This document shows, in pieces, positions 1 to 14,500 of a stretch of DNA of 64,000 nucleotides. Location: the NCBI GenBank assembly GCA_002104905.1, contig MCFE01000227.1:58436-122435 (forward strand), written 5' to 3'. The position numbers were made by a program, and so were the translations under genes. The notes beneath the pieces are model-generated. The model made no database searches and was not told where the DNA came from. It saw nothing but the letters and a program-made list of their open reading frames with translations. Position 1 is the first letter of the stretch; each line of letters opens with the position of its first letter. Origin of the DNA: Basidiobolus meristosporus CBS 931.73 (Eukaryota > Fungi > Basidiobolomycota).

Positions 1-383
1 TCTACAGAGTTATTCTAACTTGTATGCATGACTAGTACAGGTGTTTTTTGAGTCAGGAAGGAAGGAGTCTGAAAAAGAGGCAATAGTCAATCAATGTACA
101 CAAGTGCAGGAGGTAATTTAGTGTTGGGGATCAGAAAGTGAGCAAACTAGCAGAGAACTAATCAAGAGCCCCCATGTATTGTTGTGATAAATATTTTGCC
201 CAAGCTTTTTGTCAAATCTGGGGTGCTATTCTTCCAAATGGCCTTTTGTGGTGTCCTAATGGCATTGATACCTCTTAGTCACTGAATTTAAATTTTGTGA
301 TGGCCTTTTGTCAGGATCATCACAATTGCTTTTCATAAGGTAGGTTCCCTTCAATATTAAGCAGTCATGGCTCAGCTACAAAC

Positions 384-1135
384 TGTTGTCAAAATCTGTA
401 ATTCTACCTTAATACTCACCTGACTTAGTCACTTAGATCATTACCTTGAAATCCTAGAGAATACTGACCAAATTCCTTAGTTGGATCTGCTTGGAGTATG
501 TTTACCAAAAAATCAGATGCCCAGAGCAGGAGAATTCCCAAAGGTGTCCCAGCAGCCTCAAAGTTTGCACACATGTTCTTGGGACCTTCCTCAACCTATT
601 CTATGTGTTTGCTATGTCAAGACCAAGTAAAAGTATAAATACTTCTTTTGCATTCAATATATCATTAAGTAGAAAATACAATATCTACTTGTTCTCCCAA
701 TCACTTCCAGTATCTCCAAGACTCTTACAACAGTCTATGAGCCTCAAGCTGACACTATCTGCAATATCTACCACTGCTATTACTGATATTTCTCCTTCTG
801 CTGAAAAGTTGGATGGATCTAACAACCAAATGAGGAAGGTGAAGATTGAGATTCTGCTACAAGAAAGAGGCCTTTGTGATATTGTCATGGGAGAAGAATG
901 CCCTCCTAAAAACATGGGAGATGAGTCGTTAAAGTACCAGAAGAAAGAACAAAGTGCCTTTGACTACACTTGCCTTAATGTCAAAGACAAACTGTTAATT
1001 CAATGCTCAAGAGCAAAAGCTGCAAAGAATACCTTGTAGCCATTAGAAGACACCTACCATTCATGTTCAGCTGCCAAGAAAGTGTACCTTAGACAATAAT
1101 TCTCTACTACAAAGATGCTGCCAGAAGAAGAAAAA
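384..1135 (+). mobile_element. Ty1/copia 5' LTR (384-732), degenerate PBS and truncated gag
   Basis: TGTTG...CTTACAACA LTR of ~349 bp matching the other copia LTRs in the window; followed by gtctatgagcc and gag KLDGSNNQMRKVKIEILLQERGL; breaks off near 1135. Confidence 0.85.
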
Positions 1136-2899
1136 AATATAATTAACAGCCCCTATGAGTAATTATTATGATTATCCCATCAAAAGGCTATCACAAATTG
1201 AAAGTTCTGTGACTAAGAGGTACTGATCCCATCACAACACCATGCCAAGATTGTTGGAAAATAATTGCATCCCAGATTTCACAAAAAACTTAGTCAACAT
1301 TTTTCACCACAACATCATATAAGTGGCTTTTGATTGGTTCCTTCCAACTTGCTTACTCTCTGATCCCAGACCCTTGATCACCTCCTATGTTTGTTTACAT
1401 TGATTTGCTGTTGCATCTTTTTTGCACTCCTTACTTCCTGACTCAACTGTTTCTAAACTTTTTACAGGAAAAAATTGATATATTTCTATTGAAACTTCAG
1501 TTGTATGTCAATTGCCAACTTTATTGACCTATACAAGTCCCTATACCCTACAATAACATTAAGCCCAACTCTGCACCCAGCAAATAACTCCATTAAAATC
1601 CACCACTCAATAAGTATTTCTGCTGTAACACTCTGTTTCCATATCTCCTGTGGGAACTCAATGGCTTTATGCCACTATTCATTTGCTGGTTTGTACACAT
1701 CCTGGTCTTCAGCCAGCACTGCAAGGTCAAGCACCTCATCTGCCAGTCTTTGCAATAAATCCTTGCAATAGTCAAGTGTGTTTTCTTGAGCACTGCTCTT
1801 GAAGAAGTGCGGCAACCTCTTAGTGTGCCTATTAGTGTTCCAACATTCCACTGAAGGCATTATGATATTCTTTCAAGTTCTTCACATTGTAGCCTTGTCT
1901 GTAAATCAGATCATCATTCTGTCAGCAATGGAGGATGTGGAAGCTGTGGTAGACAAATTGCCATTCTATGCAAATGCATCTACCTTGCTGGAGTATAGCT
2001 CAACTGGTGGCACTTCTAACTGTTGTGAAAACAGCTGTTTTTTGTTGGTAAATCTTCTGGGCTATAGTGAGACTCAGTCTGTTCTGGGCTTACAGCATTA
2101 GTTGGCAAGAACTGTAGTTTTTTTTTGTATGCTTCCCTGTCTCAGGCTTAGGTAGACATTATTCCCTTTACCTTTGCCTTTATCACTGCCAGGTCTTTCA
2201 TTGCTAATTTGTCTGAGTACCTCATGTAAAGAACTACATTTTCTCCTGGACAAAGTGGAAATAGTGTTACAGATACATGTGTATGTGGTGCCACAATTTT
2301 ATTTATTATGCTCACTATGGCAGGTCATCACTGAATCTTACATTCATCTAGGTGCAATGTCTCAAATACACAACTGACTTAAATTTACATGAGTATTGAC
2401 CAAAAACTGCTGTAATAGTGTTATGTTGCTGAAGGCTAAGCTGTTTCTCCCATAGACAAGAATACTTTGCTTCAACATTGTAAGAGAAGAGAAAAAAGAC
2501 CATGCAGCTGTTGTAGCAAGCCTGTCAGCAATGAAGTATGCATATATCATAGGAAGTATTACTAGGATCATGGCCAGTGTTTTGCCACACAAGTCATAAT
2601 TGACCATTCAGTAGTCACTGCTGTACCAGCATTTTCTTGGCAGCCAGTTGATACTCCTATATTGGGAGCTAGCCATCCTTGTAACCTTGTGCAAACTGAG
2701 TCAGGAGAGTTTGTGATGCCTTTAGGCTCACCTCAGCCTTCTGAATATGGCATGTAGAGTGATAGCTCTATTAGAGAAGGCTTGCTGATGAATTGTGAGC
2801 CAACCTCCCCTAACAGCAGCACCACACATGAGCCTGGTCAAGTCCCAGTATGTAATGAGAGAGCACTTGTTGAAGCAAATACCAAGGATACTTTATGGA

Positions 2900-3236
2900 G
2901 CCAAGTGAGCCCTGTAATCCATGTACTTGTGTGTAATGGAATGTTGTGGCTAGAGAAGTGTCATGTTTCCACTAATATCAGTATTGGGGCTTTGAGGATT
3001 TACTACTACTTCCTGCCAAAATCATCCCAGGATGCAACTTAACATGTACTTGGTACAAGAGGTAAACCTTCAAGCTGCTGGCAACATGTAACCCAGATAC
3101 TGTCCTGATTCCAGCATGTGTAAACAGTTGCATGGTATTCACATCCAAAAATACCACCATTGCAACGTGTCCAAATTGCCAAGAATCCACCACCATTGAG
3201 GGAAAACATTTCCACACTCTGGAGTAGTAAGGTCAC
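2900..3236 (+). mobile_element. CACTA/EnSpm transposase fragment, part A (left limit approximate)
   Basis: Translation KLLATCNPDTVLIPACVNSCMVFTSKNTTIATCPNCQES resembles the Cys-rich segment that precedes the Tnp2 (Transposase_21) domain. Confidence 0.65.
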
Positions 3237-4905
3237 TGTGACACCCACTGACAGATGTGCTCATTCCCATATTATCTACTTCCCTATTTTTTCACTACCC
3301 TTATATTGGTTTTATCCTATTTGTCTTACTTGATCAGTACTATTCCTTAAGCCACTGACTATCACTCCTGCTTACCTTATTGCCTAAGCTATCTCTCACT
3401 TTATGTACAATTACTTGATGTCAGTGCTTCTATGTTAGGCAGATACTCAAACCTGTATCTGTAGCACTTGATCAAACCACATCACTATCCCTACCACTTT
3501 TGTACCATATATGGTATGCATTTGTTCCACAGGTTTCAGAATACTGATCCCTGATTGGTTGGGCCTGCTGTGCCTCTTAGAACCTTCCAGCAGCTACTTA
3601 AAATATGCTTAGCTCATTCTGATGTCATTGATGCTCCCTATCTGACCACTGAAACCTTCTGGAACACCATGATTAGTAATCACTTAGCCAGCAAGAAAGG
3701 TATATAAGGGGGGCAATCCCTCAACAATACATCATTATCCCTTTTATTAATATACCAACTTGTTGATTAGTGTGATCACTGCTACCTGCTGTTACCTGAA
3801 CTTTCAAACCCAGACCACAGGACACTCCCAGGAAGCCATGTTGAGAGCCAACTGACCTTGGAGGCACTACTTGTGAGGAATATTTAGAATATGTATCTTT
3901 TATTATATTTGATTCTTTGCCAAGTATGTTCTTGTACAGGCAAAGATACTTATTGGTCTTTGTAACTATTGGCCACAGCTGCATTCTTATAAAGTCCCTG
4001 CTGGTGGAGTTTACAGTTGTCTTGACTTTGGAAGCTTTAGTATATTGTCATCTCAAAGGACGCTGTAGTGGGGTGAAAGTGACACCCACTGACAGATGTG
4101 CTCATTCCCTTATTTTCTACTTCCCTATATCCCTACTACACTCATTTTAGTTTTATCCCATTTGTCTTACCCAATCAGTACTATCCCATAAGCCGGTTGA
4201 CTATCACACCTGCTTACCTTATTGCATAAGTTACCCCTCACTTGATGAAAGATTACTAGTTACAAGTGCTTCTATATTAGGCAAGTACCCGCGCCAGTAC
4301 CCGTGACACATGATCAACCCGTGACACCATCCCCACCATTTCCATACCATATATGGTATCCCCATGTTACACAGGTTTCAGAATACTGATTCCTGATTGG
4401 TTGGATGTGCTGTGCCTCTTAGAACCTTCCGGCACCTACTTAGAACATTCTTAGGTCATTCTGATGTCATTAAGATTTCTATTGATATCCGGAACCTTCT
4501 GGAACACCATGATTAGTAATCACTTAGCCAGTAAGAAAAGTATATAAGGGAGGCTATCCCTCAACAATAAATCATCATCCCTTTTATCAATATACCAACT
4601 TGTTGATTAGTGTGATCACTGCTACCTGCTGCTACCTGAACTTCCAATCCTAGGCCACAGGACACTCCCAGGAAACCGCGCTGACAGCAACTGACCTTGG
4701 AGGCACTACTTGTGAGGAATACTCAGAGTAGGTATCTTTTATTATATTTGATTCTTTCCCAAGTTTGTTCTTGTACAGGCAAAGATACTTTTCTGTCTTT
4801 GTAACTATTGACCAAAGCTGCATTCTTATCAAGTCCCTGATGGTGGAGTTTACAGTTGTTTTGACTTTGGAAGCTTTAGTACATTGTCATCTCAAAGGAC
4901 GCTGA
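3237..4905. mobile_element. Two tandem ~813-bp LTR-like repeats (3237-4050, 4078-4889) separated by 27 bp
   Basis: Direct repeats starting (T/A)GTGACACCC and ending TTGTCA; both are followed by TCTCAAAGGACGCTG; purine-rich AGTGGGGTGAA precedes copy 2. No coding capacity recognised. Confidence 0.7.
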
Positions 4906-4974
4906 ACCTAGCACATACTTTTGTTAAGACGCCAACTAAGTTGGGAATTGTAGCTCAATAGTTTTCCCTTGACA

Positions 4975-5573
4975 AGCTTGTGGCTTTATTCCCCTTCACA
5001 TTAGATTAGAGACAGAACCCAAGTATTCCTAGCAAGCTTTTGCCAGAGGTTATTGCACCCAGTGAACACCCCACACACAAAACACTTGAGAAGTGTTGGA
5101 CGTATCTCTCCCTTGGACTTATACACCACCACAACGCTGAACCACCACACCAGATATGTTCTGGTAATATCATGTCAAAAGAAGCTCAAGCAGTCCAAAA
5201 AATATTGCAAAGCTACAAAGTACCACACTCAGTATCAATTAAGCGCAAACATACCCAATGTACTTTATGGCAAATATTACAAACAGCTAAGATGTAAAGG
5301 CAACTTTGAAGGTATGTATGACCATGGCTTTGCTCTAGCACTTGATATATTCTCATTAAACAAGTACTCTACCAGCAAATCCTGCTGGCCACTGATTCTT
5401 GTCAACCCAAATCTGCTGCCTATCTTACGGCATTAGAGCCAAAATCTGATGGTAGTGTCACTGGTATTGGGGCCTAAATCACTGTCCAGCCTGGATAGCT
5501 ACCTGTATCCATTGCTGGATAAGTTTGGTATGCTTTCCAGCAGGATAACAGTAAATGGCCATCATGTCAAAAC
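4975..5573 (+). mobile_element. CACTA/EnSpm transposase fragment, part B (Tnp2 domain)
   Basis: FIPLHIRL...GFALALDIFSLNKYSTSKSCWPLILVNPNLLP...NLMVVSLVLGP..SLDSYLYPLLD, a typical Transposase_21 motif series, with stops and frameshifts. Confidence 0.8.
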
Positions 5574-8500
5574 TGTTGTAAAAATTTGTAATTCCACCTA
5601 AGTATTCACCTAACTTAGTCACCTATATCATTATCCTCAAATCCTAGAGAATACTGACCAGATTCCTTGTTGAGATTTACTTGGAATATTTCACCAAAAT
5701 ACATGGTACCCAGAACATGAAATTCTCAAAGTTGTCCAAACAGCCCCAAACTTTGCACACATGCTCTTGGGACCTTCCTTAGCCTATTCTATGTGTTTGT
5801 AATGCTAATATCATGTTGAAGTACAAATACTACTTTCACATTCAATAAATCATTAAGTGAAAACCACATAATCTATTTGTCCTCCCAATCACTTCTGATA
5901 TCCTCAAGACTCTTACAACAGGTTATGAGCCCCAATCTGTCACTCTCTGCAATGTTCACTACTGCTATTACTGGAACTTTTCCCTCTGCTGAAAAGTTGG
6001 ATGGATCTAACCAACAAGTGTGGAAGGTGAAGATGAGGATGCTACTACAAGAAAGAGGCGTTTGTGATATTGTCATGGGAGATGAATTCCCTCCTAAAAA
6101 AATGGGAGATGAATGCCCTCCTAAAAACATGGGAGATAAATCCTTAAAGTACCAGAAGAAAGAACAAAGTACCTTTGACTGCACTTGCCTTAATGTCAGA
6201 GACAAACTGCTAACTCAATGCTCAAGAGCAAAAGCTGCAAAGAATGCCTTGTAGCCACTAGAAGACACCTACCATTCATGTTCAGCTGCCAAGAAAGTGT
6301 ACCCTAGACAATAATTCTCTACTACAAAGATGCATTAGGCTTAATGTTAAAGACAAATTGCTAATTCATTACTCAAGAGCAAAACAGCAAAGAATACCTG
6401 GAAGGCATTAGAAGACACCTACCAGTCATGTTCAGCTGCCGAGAAAATGTATCTGAGATAACAATTCTTTACTACAAAGATGCTGCCAGGAGAAGAAATG
6501 AAAAATCTAATTAACAGAATTACCCTGCTTGTAGATGAAATGGAATCTGTGGGCATACCAACTACTGATGACAATGTGATAGTTACCATCCTTAATAGCC
6601 TGACAGACAAGTTTCAGGGCCTTGCATCAGCCCTAGAGTCCAGAAATAAAGATTTGACCATATAGTATTTATATGGAAGACTCCTGGATGAAGAATTAAG
6701 AAAATCAAGTGCTAATAAGAAGGAAGAAGAAAATCCTTTAATAAGCAATGATAACCAACAAATGAGGTACCCAAGACCCTACAAAGGCAACAGCAATCTG
6801 TTTTGCAAATACTGCAAAAGGAAATGACACACATCAGACTGGTATCTCAAAAGAAAGATAATCAGCAAAAGAAGCCAGAATATGGAAATGCTGTAAAAAA
6901 TAAAGATAGTCTATTCATATCTGCACTAAATATGACCCAAAACAAGGATTTTCAGACATAGTATATTGACTCTGGAACATCTCAGGACTTTACACACTAA
7001 AAGGAGCTTTTTACTCAATATTAATAAATTCCAATTAAGAAGGTCTTCATGGGTGACAATAGAACACTTGATGCAGTGGGAGAAGGAACTATCAAAGTAG
7101 GCCTTAGAAGCAGTGAAGGAAGCCATACACTGATCTTCAAAGAAGTACTCCATTTACCAGAAATAGCCAAGAACCTACTATTTGTAAGCAAGGACACTCC
7201 AGAAGGACTCAGCTTCAGCTTTGACAATTCTGGATGCAGGATCACTGATAAAAATGGTGCCCATATTGCTTTGGGTATTAAAGACCAGAACCTATACAAG
7301 TTGACTTATATTCCATCAAATTTGGAAGCCAATATAAGTAACTTAAATGAAGAAATATCAATGCTTTGGCACAGGAGATTTGGGCACATCAATTTTGATT
7401 ATTTGCGCAAAATGATCAAGGATTAGCTAATATCTGGCAAAAATTGATCCCGCAGCTAATTTGAAGCACTGTGAAGCCTGGATATATGAGAAGCAAGCTA
7501 AACAACTATTTAAGAGCTCTGTGTAAATCAAAACTAAGAAAAATTAGATTTAATTCCCTCAGATCTGTGCGGACCTATGCAAAATTTATCTTTAGGCAGG
7601 ATGTAGTATTTAATCACTTTTATTAATGATTATACAAGATTCACATGGGTCTACTTCATGGAGAGAAAGGAAGAGGCTCTGTTTTAGTTTAAGGAGCTCA
7701 AAGCCATCATGGAGAGTGAAACGGGTGAAAAAATTAAGAAAATATGCTCTGACAATGGTGGAAAGTTTACCTCAGCACTCTTCATCCACTTCTGCAAAAT
7801 CCATGGGAAAAAGTAAGAGACTACTGTGCCATATTCCTCACAGCAAAATTGAGTAGCAGAATGTGCAAACAGATCACTAACTAACATGGCAAGATCTATG
7901 ATCCATGATCAAAAATTATCCTACAATTTTTGAGCAGAATCAGTTGCCACTGATGTATACCTCAAAAATAGGAGTTATAGCAGAATACTTTGTGATTCTA
8001 TTCCATTTGAAGCATGGCATGGGTACAGACCAAGTGCAGAACATCTAAGAATATTTGGGTGTACTGCTTATGCCAAGAAACTGCCTCAAAATCAGTCAAA
8101 ATTTGAACCAAAAAGTGTATAAAGCATATTTTTGGGTTACAGCAGTGAGAATAAAGCATATATACTCTACAATACCAAAGCAAAGATGCTAATCAAGTCC
8201 AGGGATGTGTCATTTGGTGAAAATTCAAAATATTCACAAGAAATAACATCAGATGATAACAAAAATCTGATCTCAAGTCCACCAATTATCAGGATTAAAT
8301 TGGAGCAAAGCATTGAGGATTTCTCACTCCAGAGGATGCTAAAACTGTGATACAGCCTGATTCAGTGCCCAGGAATATCCTAGAAGTGATCATACCAGTA
8401 TCAAAAGCCCAGAGATCTAACTGGACAAGAAATAGCCCAAATTGCTATATCAATGAGGGTACAAACTTAGCCTATGCCTGTTCAGTCCATACTGATGAAC

Positions 8501-11500
8501 CCCAGACTATAAAAGAGGCCCTAAATAGCCCTCAGGCAATGTTTTGGAGATCTGCAATGACTGAGGAATATCAGGCCCTGATAAAAAATCAGGCTTGGGA
8601 CTTAGTCAAATTACTAATCAACCAAAAATAAATTTGATGCAGATGGGTCTTCAAGACAAAAAACAAGGCTGATGGTACAATTGAGAGATACAAAGCAAGA
8701 TTTGTGGCCAAAGGATACTCTCAAACAAAAGGACCTGACTATACTGAGACCTTGGCACCGGTAGCCAAGTTTAATTCCATCAGATTAATATTGGCTATTG
8801 CAGCCAAATTCAAGTTTTTTACTCATCAAGTGGATGTAAAAACTGCATTTTTGAATTAAGAACTTGATGAGGACATATATATGGACCAGCCTGATGGGTT
8901 TGTTGAGCAAGATAGCCCCTATTTGGTCTGCAAGCTTAAAAGTCACTGTATGGTCTGAAACAATTACCAAGAGCCTGGAATTGCAAGAAAGATTCTTATT
9001 TGGAATCTTTGAGTTTCAAAATGAGTAATGCTAACTATAGTATATACTATAAGCCAGATAGAGCAAGTTCCATCTTATTAGCTCTATATGTGGATGATCT
9101 TACTATAGCTGCTAATAAGTTAGAAGCATTTAAAGAGACTAAATCCAGCCTATCTAAGGAGTTCAAGGTGTCCAATCTAGGAGAGCTCAGTTACTACTTA
9201 TGGATTAAGTTCTTCATAGACAGTAGTACCCAGACTATTACCCTAAGCCAATCCCAGTATATTCAAGATATACTAAAGAAGTACAAAATGGAAGACTGTA
9301 ATCCTGCAGCTACCCCAATGGAGACAAGACTGACTTGGTCAAAACTCAACCAAATCAAGAGAGCTTGGTGCCATCTGAAAGCCCAGACTTTCCTTATCAA
9401 TCTATGGTCAGCAGTCTGATGTATAGCATGTTTGGAACATATCCAGATATCTCGTATTCAGTAGGAGTTGTCAGCCAACATAATCAAAACTACGGATCTG
9501 ATTCTATTGCAGCAGTTAAGTGGATTTTTAGATACCTAAAAGGAACTGCTGATATCTGCATAATATACACTTATAAGGATTTAGAACAGGATCTTGTGGG
9601 ATACTCTGATGCTGATTGGGGACAAAATTTGGAAGACAGAAGATCCACCACAGAATACACCTTTCTTTACTGTCAAGGAGCAATTTCATGGAACTCAAGA
9701 AAGCAACCAACTGTAGTACTTTCTACCATATAGGCAGAGTACACAGCAGCCTGTGAAGCTACAAAAGAAGCAATATGGTTAAGAAAGCTTTTACAGATTT
9801 AGTCCTATGTCAAAAAACACCTATTACCTTATTTCAAGATAATCAAGGATGTATACAATTATGTAGAAATCCAACTTTTCATGCTAGAACCAAGCACACA
9901 GATATTAGACATCATTTCATATGTAAAGCTATAGAAAATAACTTAGTTAGCTTAGCTTACTGTCCATTGGATGTAATGAATGCAGACATATTTACCAAAC
10001 CATTAGCTAGAGACAAGTTTGAGTATATTAGGTCAAAATTAGGACTAGTCAGTACAAACATTTAGCTGAGTAGGAGTGTTGAAAAAATTGGTAATTCCAC
10101 CTATGTACTCACCTAATTTGGTCACTTAGATCATTATCATCAAATCCTAGAGAATACTGACCAAATTTCTTGTTAGAATTTACTTAGTATATTTTCACTA
10201 AAATACCAGGTACCCAGAACATGAAAATTCTCAAAGTTGTCCAAACAGCCCCATACTTTGCACACATGTTCTTAGGACCTTCTGTGGTAATGGAAAGTAT
10301 TCCATTACTACAATATCTCTAAACCAATATTGCACTCATTTCTTTATTTTGCTTTTTGCTATTGTAACACACAAGTGAAAGATCAAGAATTTCCAACTTT
10401 GAAGGGCAAATGCTCCAGACCCTGACAGGCAATCAGCCCAAGAATATTATGTCATACAGAACATGTAGTAGCCAACACATGTTTCATATTACAGCGCATT
10501 TGAAGCAGTACTTAAGTAGTTGTGACCAACAAAGTACAATTATTATATATACTATGCCTTATCGCTAGGATTACTAGGGTGACTTTGATTGCATGTAACT
10601 TTTGAACCAGCCAATCAAATCACATGAAATATTCACAGGTGCTGTGCCTATGTCCGATCTGCGCCACTGCAAAATTTTGGCTTTGTATCACGTGTATTGT
10701 TTGCACAATCGCCCAAAAACTTTGATCCTTCAAAATTTTCATATATATGACTTCCCCAGCTGAAAAATAAAGAGAGAGCCTCTCATTCCAGAATCTCCAC
10801 ACTACAATTACAAGTTTAAAGGTTATAAGTCTTCCCCTGCATCACTTGCACTGTTGAGTATTCTGACTTTGATCAGTACTACATCAGTAAAGAGACTGCA
10901 AAGCTCACAAGAATCCAATATAAGTTCTACAAGAAACTACCACTTTTCTGTTGGAAAAGTCCCCTCTAAGAAACCACTTTACTCTAAAGACACCCCTTTA
11001 GGTCTAAAGACCCCTTTAGAGACTTCTACAACACACCCCTTTAGGTTAAAGGGGAGCTCAGAATTTCTGTATTAGGAAATATTTTCTCAGAAAGGAAAGT
11101 GACTTCCAAATAAGGAAAAGTTAGGACCTGGGTAGTTTGAACCTTTCACTATACAAGCATCAAGAAACCTTACAAGAATGACCAATACACCACTCCCAGA
11201 GTTAATAGCCACTTTTAAAGGTGCCATTCCAGTAAAATTCTCAGGAGAGAATGTTACTGAGTTTCTAGAAGAGTTTAACAATATAGCTGCAGCATTTGAG
11301 CATCACACAAGAACAAAATCCAGTTGTTTCCCTTTCTCTGTGAAGTTGAAATATCAAGATTCTTACAAAGTTTGGACCCATTTAAGATATCTGTGAGCGC
11401 TGACTATAACTGGGACACTGCTCAACAAGCTATTTTAGCTGAGTACCAAAAGAAAGCACAGTTTGTTACACTAAATGAGCTAGACATGCCTTACAAGAAG

Positions 11501-14500
11501 ACCCAACCCTTGCAGAAGTACATTCAAAAGTTTGAGTCAAAAGCAAGGCATGTTGAAGCAGCTATTGGAATTCCCAGATTTCATCAAAGAAACTATTTTC
11601 TGATGAATTTACCTCCTGAGATACGTAATGCCATTAGCCACAAAGTTTGGGCTACAAGCTCCCACAACAATGTTAAATAAATGGTGTTAAACTATCAATC
11701 AGGGAGACAAGTCATGGATTCCATTAATATTCAATTGAAGATTTCCACTCCAGCTAAACAAATTCTTCATTGTACAAATAACCCACAAAGTGACCAGGTT
11801 AATGAATTAAATAATGCATTAGGAAAACTGACGCTTAAGTTGGACTCTCAAAGTATACCATCATCAAGCATCAATAAGGCAAGACCAGAAAATCCCAAAA
11901 CAACCAGTAATTATCCACAGCAAACCAAATATTGTGTGTATTGTGAATCTGCTGAGCATAGCCGTTATGGTTGTTAAATATTGAATATTGATATTGATGG
12001 TCATAAGATTATAATTGATCATTATGGGAAGATCTGTGATATTGCTGGAAACCCCTTGCCTATCAACAGAGGTTATGGTGGAATGTGGTCCTATATACTT
12101 GCTCAAGAAGAATCAAGTAAAAGTACCAAGACATCAAATTGCATACAAATCCAAAAGACTGCAGAAATTCCAAGCAATGAACGTTACGTACTCACAATAT
12201 CAGATCCATCAGGACAGGTCCAAGAATATCTAATGGAAAAAGAGGAAGTTGAAGAGTTTAATTGCCTTATTGATAAGACAAAGTATGTTTCTACAGAAAA
12301 CAATCCTAAAAAAGTGTGTACCAACAAAAGAAATCAGCCAATTGTTGAAATACCAGTACAGCCAGAAACATCAAAAATCCAAAAAGAACACTTGCAATCT
12401 CATTCTAAGTATGACACTACTGCAATTACATAGAAAGTTATCGACAAATTCTGGAAATCTCCATTTCCACAACTTACAAATCAAGAAATGTTCACTGCCA
12501 TCAACAATCTCAGTCAACTACTACCAGAAGTGGTTAAGCCTATGAGCAAAGATATCCTGAAGAATTATCAAGAACAGTCATCAACAACAATGTCAAGTGA
12601 ACAACTATGATTTGAAGTGGAAAAAGCCTTTTACTCTATTACAACAGGAAGCTATGCTGCTACAACCAACAATGTTGAAGTGGAATGTGTTTTTGATTCT
12701 GGTTCAGAAATCAATGCTATCACCGCTATGACTTTTGAAAAAATCAAATTGCCATTGACAGAAGTTGACTGGAATATGAGAACTGCTACAGGTGCAACAG
12801 AGAAGATGCTTGGACTTTGTCACTCTGTACCAAGTGAAATTGGAGGAGTCAGGGTTACTTCTCCCTTTTTCATTGTTGCCAATGGACCCACTTTTGAGGT
12901 ATTGTTGGGACAACCATATGAGAGAAAATCTCTTCTACAAGCTGATAATAGACCTAATGGCAGCTTATGGCTGACAATCACATCTGACAATTGAAAAAGA
13001 AGGGCACCCTTTTGTGCAGCAGAAGAGAATAATCCAAGAAATGCAGACTCCATTCCAGTGCAAAACATACAGGTTCATAAGGATATTTTGTTTTATGATC
13101 AACACTTCATTCCATCAACAACAAGTAAGACAAATACCAAGTATAAGCCAGTTGCATTGAAAGCAAAGCCAATGTCTACTGGAATATCACCATCTGCCCA
13201 CAACAATCCTCAAATGGAGCCTTTGCACAAATATGACAAAATCAGACTCACAGAAGAGAAGCTCAAGGAGTTGGCTATTGGGACTACTCTTTCCACTGAG
13301 GAGAAAAGTCTCTTTTTGACTATGCTACAATGCTATGACAATGTCTTTGCATTTAATGATGCACAAAGAGGATGTCTATCCACAGAGCTATTTCCACTGG
13401 TTAGGATCCATACCATTGAACATACACCATGGGCACTGAGATCATATCCTATTCCCTCAAAGTTACTGAACAAAGTAATTGAAATGCTACAATCAAGATT
13501 TCAAAGTGGAGTCATTGAATATAGAAATGGACCTTATTGCAATCCCTGGTTTACACCATTGAAGAAAAATGGAAGTCTACGGTTAATTCAAGATGTACAG
13601 CATTTGAATAAGGTCACCATCAAAGATGCTATGCAACCACCCATACAACATGAGTATATTGAGTCATTTACTGGATATCCTCTGATTACAACATTGGATC
13701 TTTATTCAGCATATGACCAAATACTTCTGGATCCTACCTCAAGAGACTTCACCGCAATGGATACACCAATAGGACTCATAAGGATGACAAGAACTGCTCA
13801 AGGATGGACAAACTCTGTCCAATATTATCAATGTGCAATGATTTGAGTTTTGGATGACTGTTTCCCTGAAATATGCTGACCATTTCTTGATGACATTGCA
13901 TTTAAGAATAAGTCCAGAGAAAACAATACATTGCATGTCTTACCTCAAGTAGGATAATATGTTTATGATCACATATGCACTGTTGAGAGGGTCATGAAGA
14001 AACTTCAAGCTTCTGGTCTGACTGTATCAGGAGCCAAATGCAAGTTTGGCTATGACAATGCAATCATTCTAGGTGAACTTGTTATTAAAAAAGGGAGATT
14101 GCCTGATCCTGCAAAACTTTTATTGGCACTAAATTGGAAGCCACCCAGGAATATTCATCAAGTCAGGCAGCTATTAGGACTTACTGGTCTATTCAGAATC
14201 TGGATCAAGAACTATGCTCAAATTGCTAAGCCACTGACTCAGTTATTACAGAAAAACCAGAAATTTGAATGGCATGAAGAACAGGCAAATGCTATGTCAA
14301 CATTGCTTGAGTCAATATCAAAGCCACCTGTCTTAGCAGCTATAGACTACAGTGTTATTGACTTACAACCAATCATTGTATCAGTTGATAGCTCTGGAAT
14401 TGGAGTTGGTGGAATCATGATTCAAGCTTCAAAAGATCATCATTGACAACCTTGCAAATATCTTAGTAGACTATTCATAGGGAATGAGCTTAACTATCCA

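Noticed and set aside
1140-2900. Short ORFs in CpG-poor DNA
   Set aside because: Probably decayed transposon sequence, but no motif could be assigned.
11121-11143. Possible tRNA-complementary PBS after the gypsy 5' LTR
   Set aside because: The reverse complement has GGTTCAAA but does not fit T-stem pairing or end in CCA.
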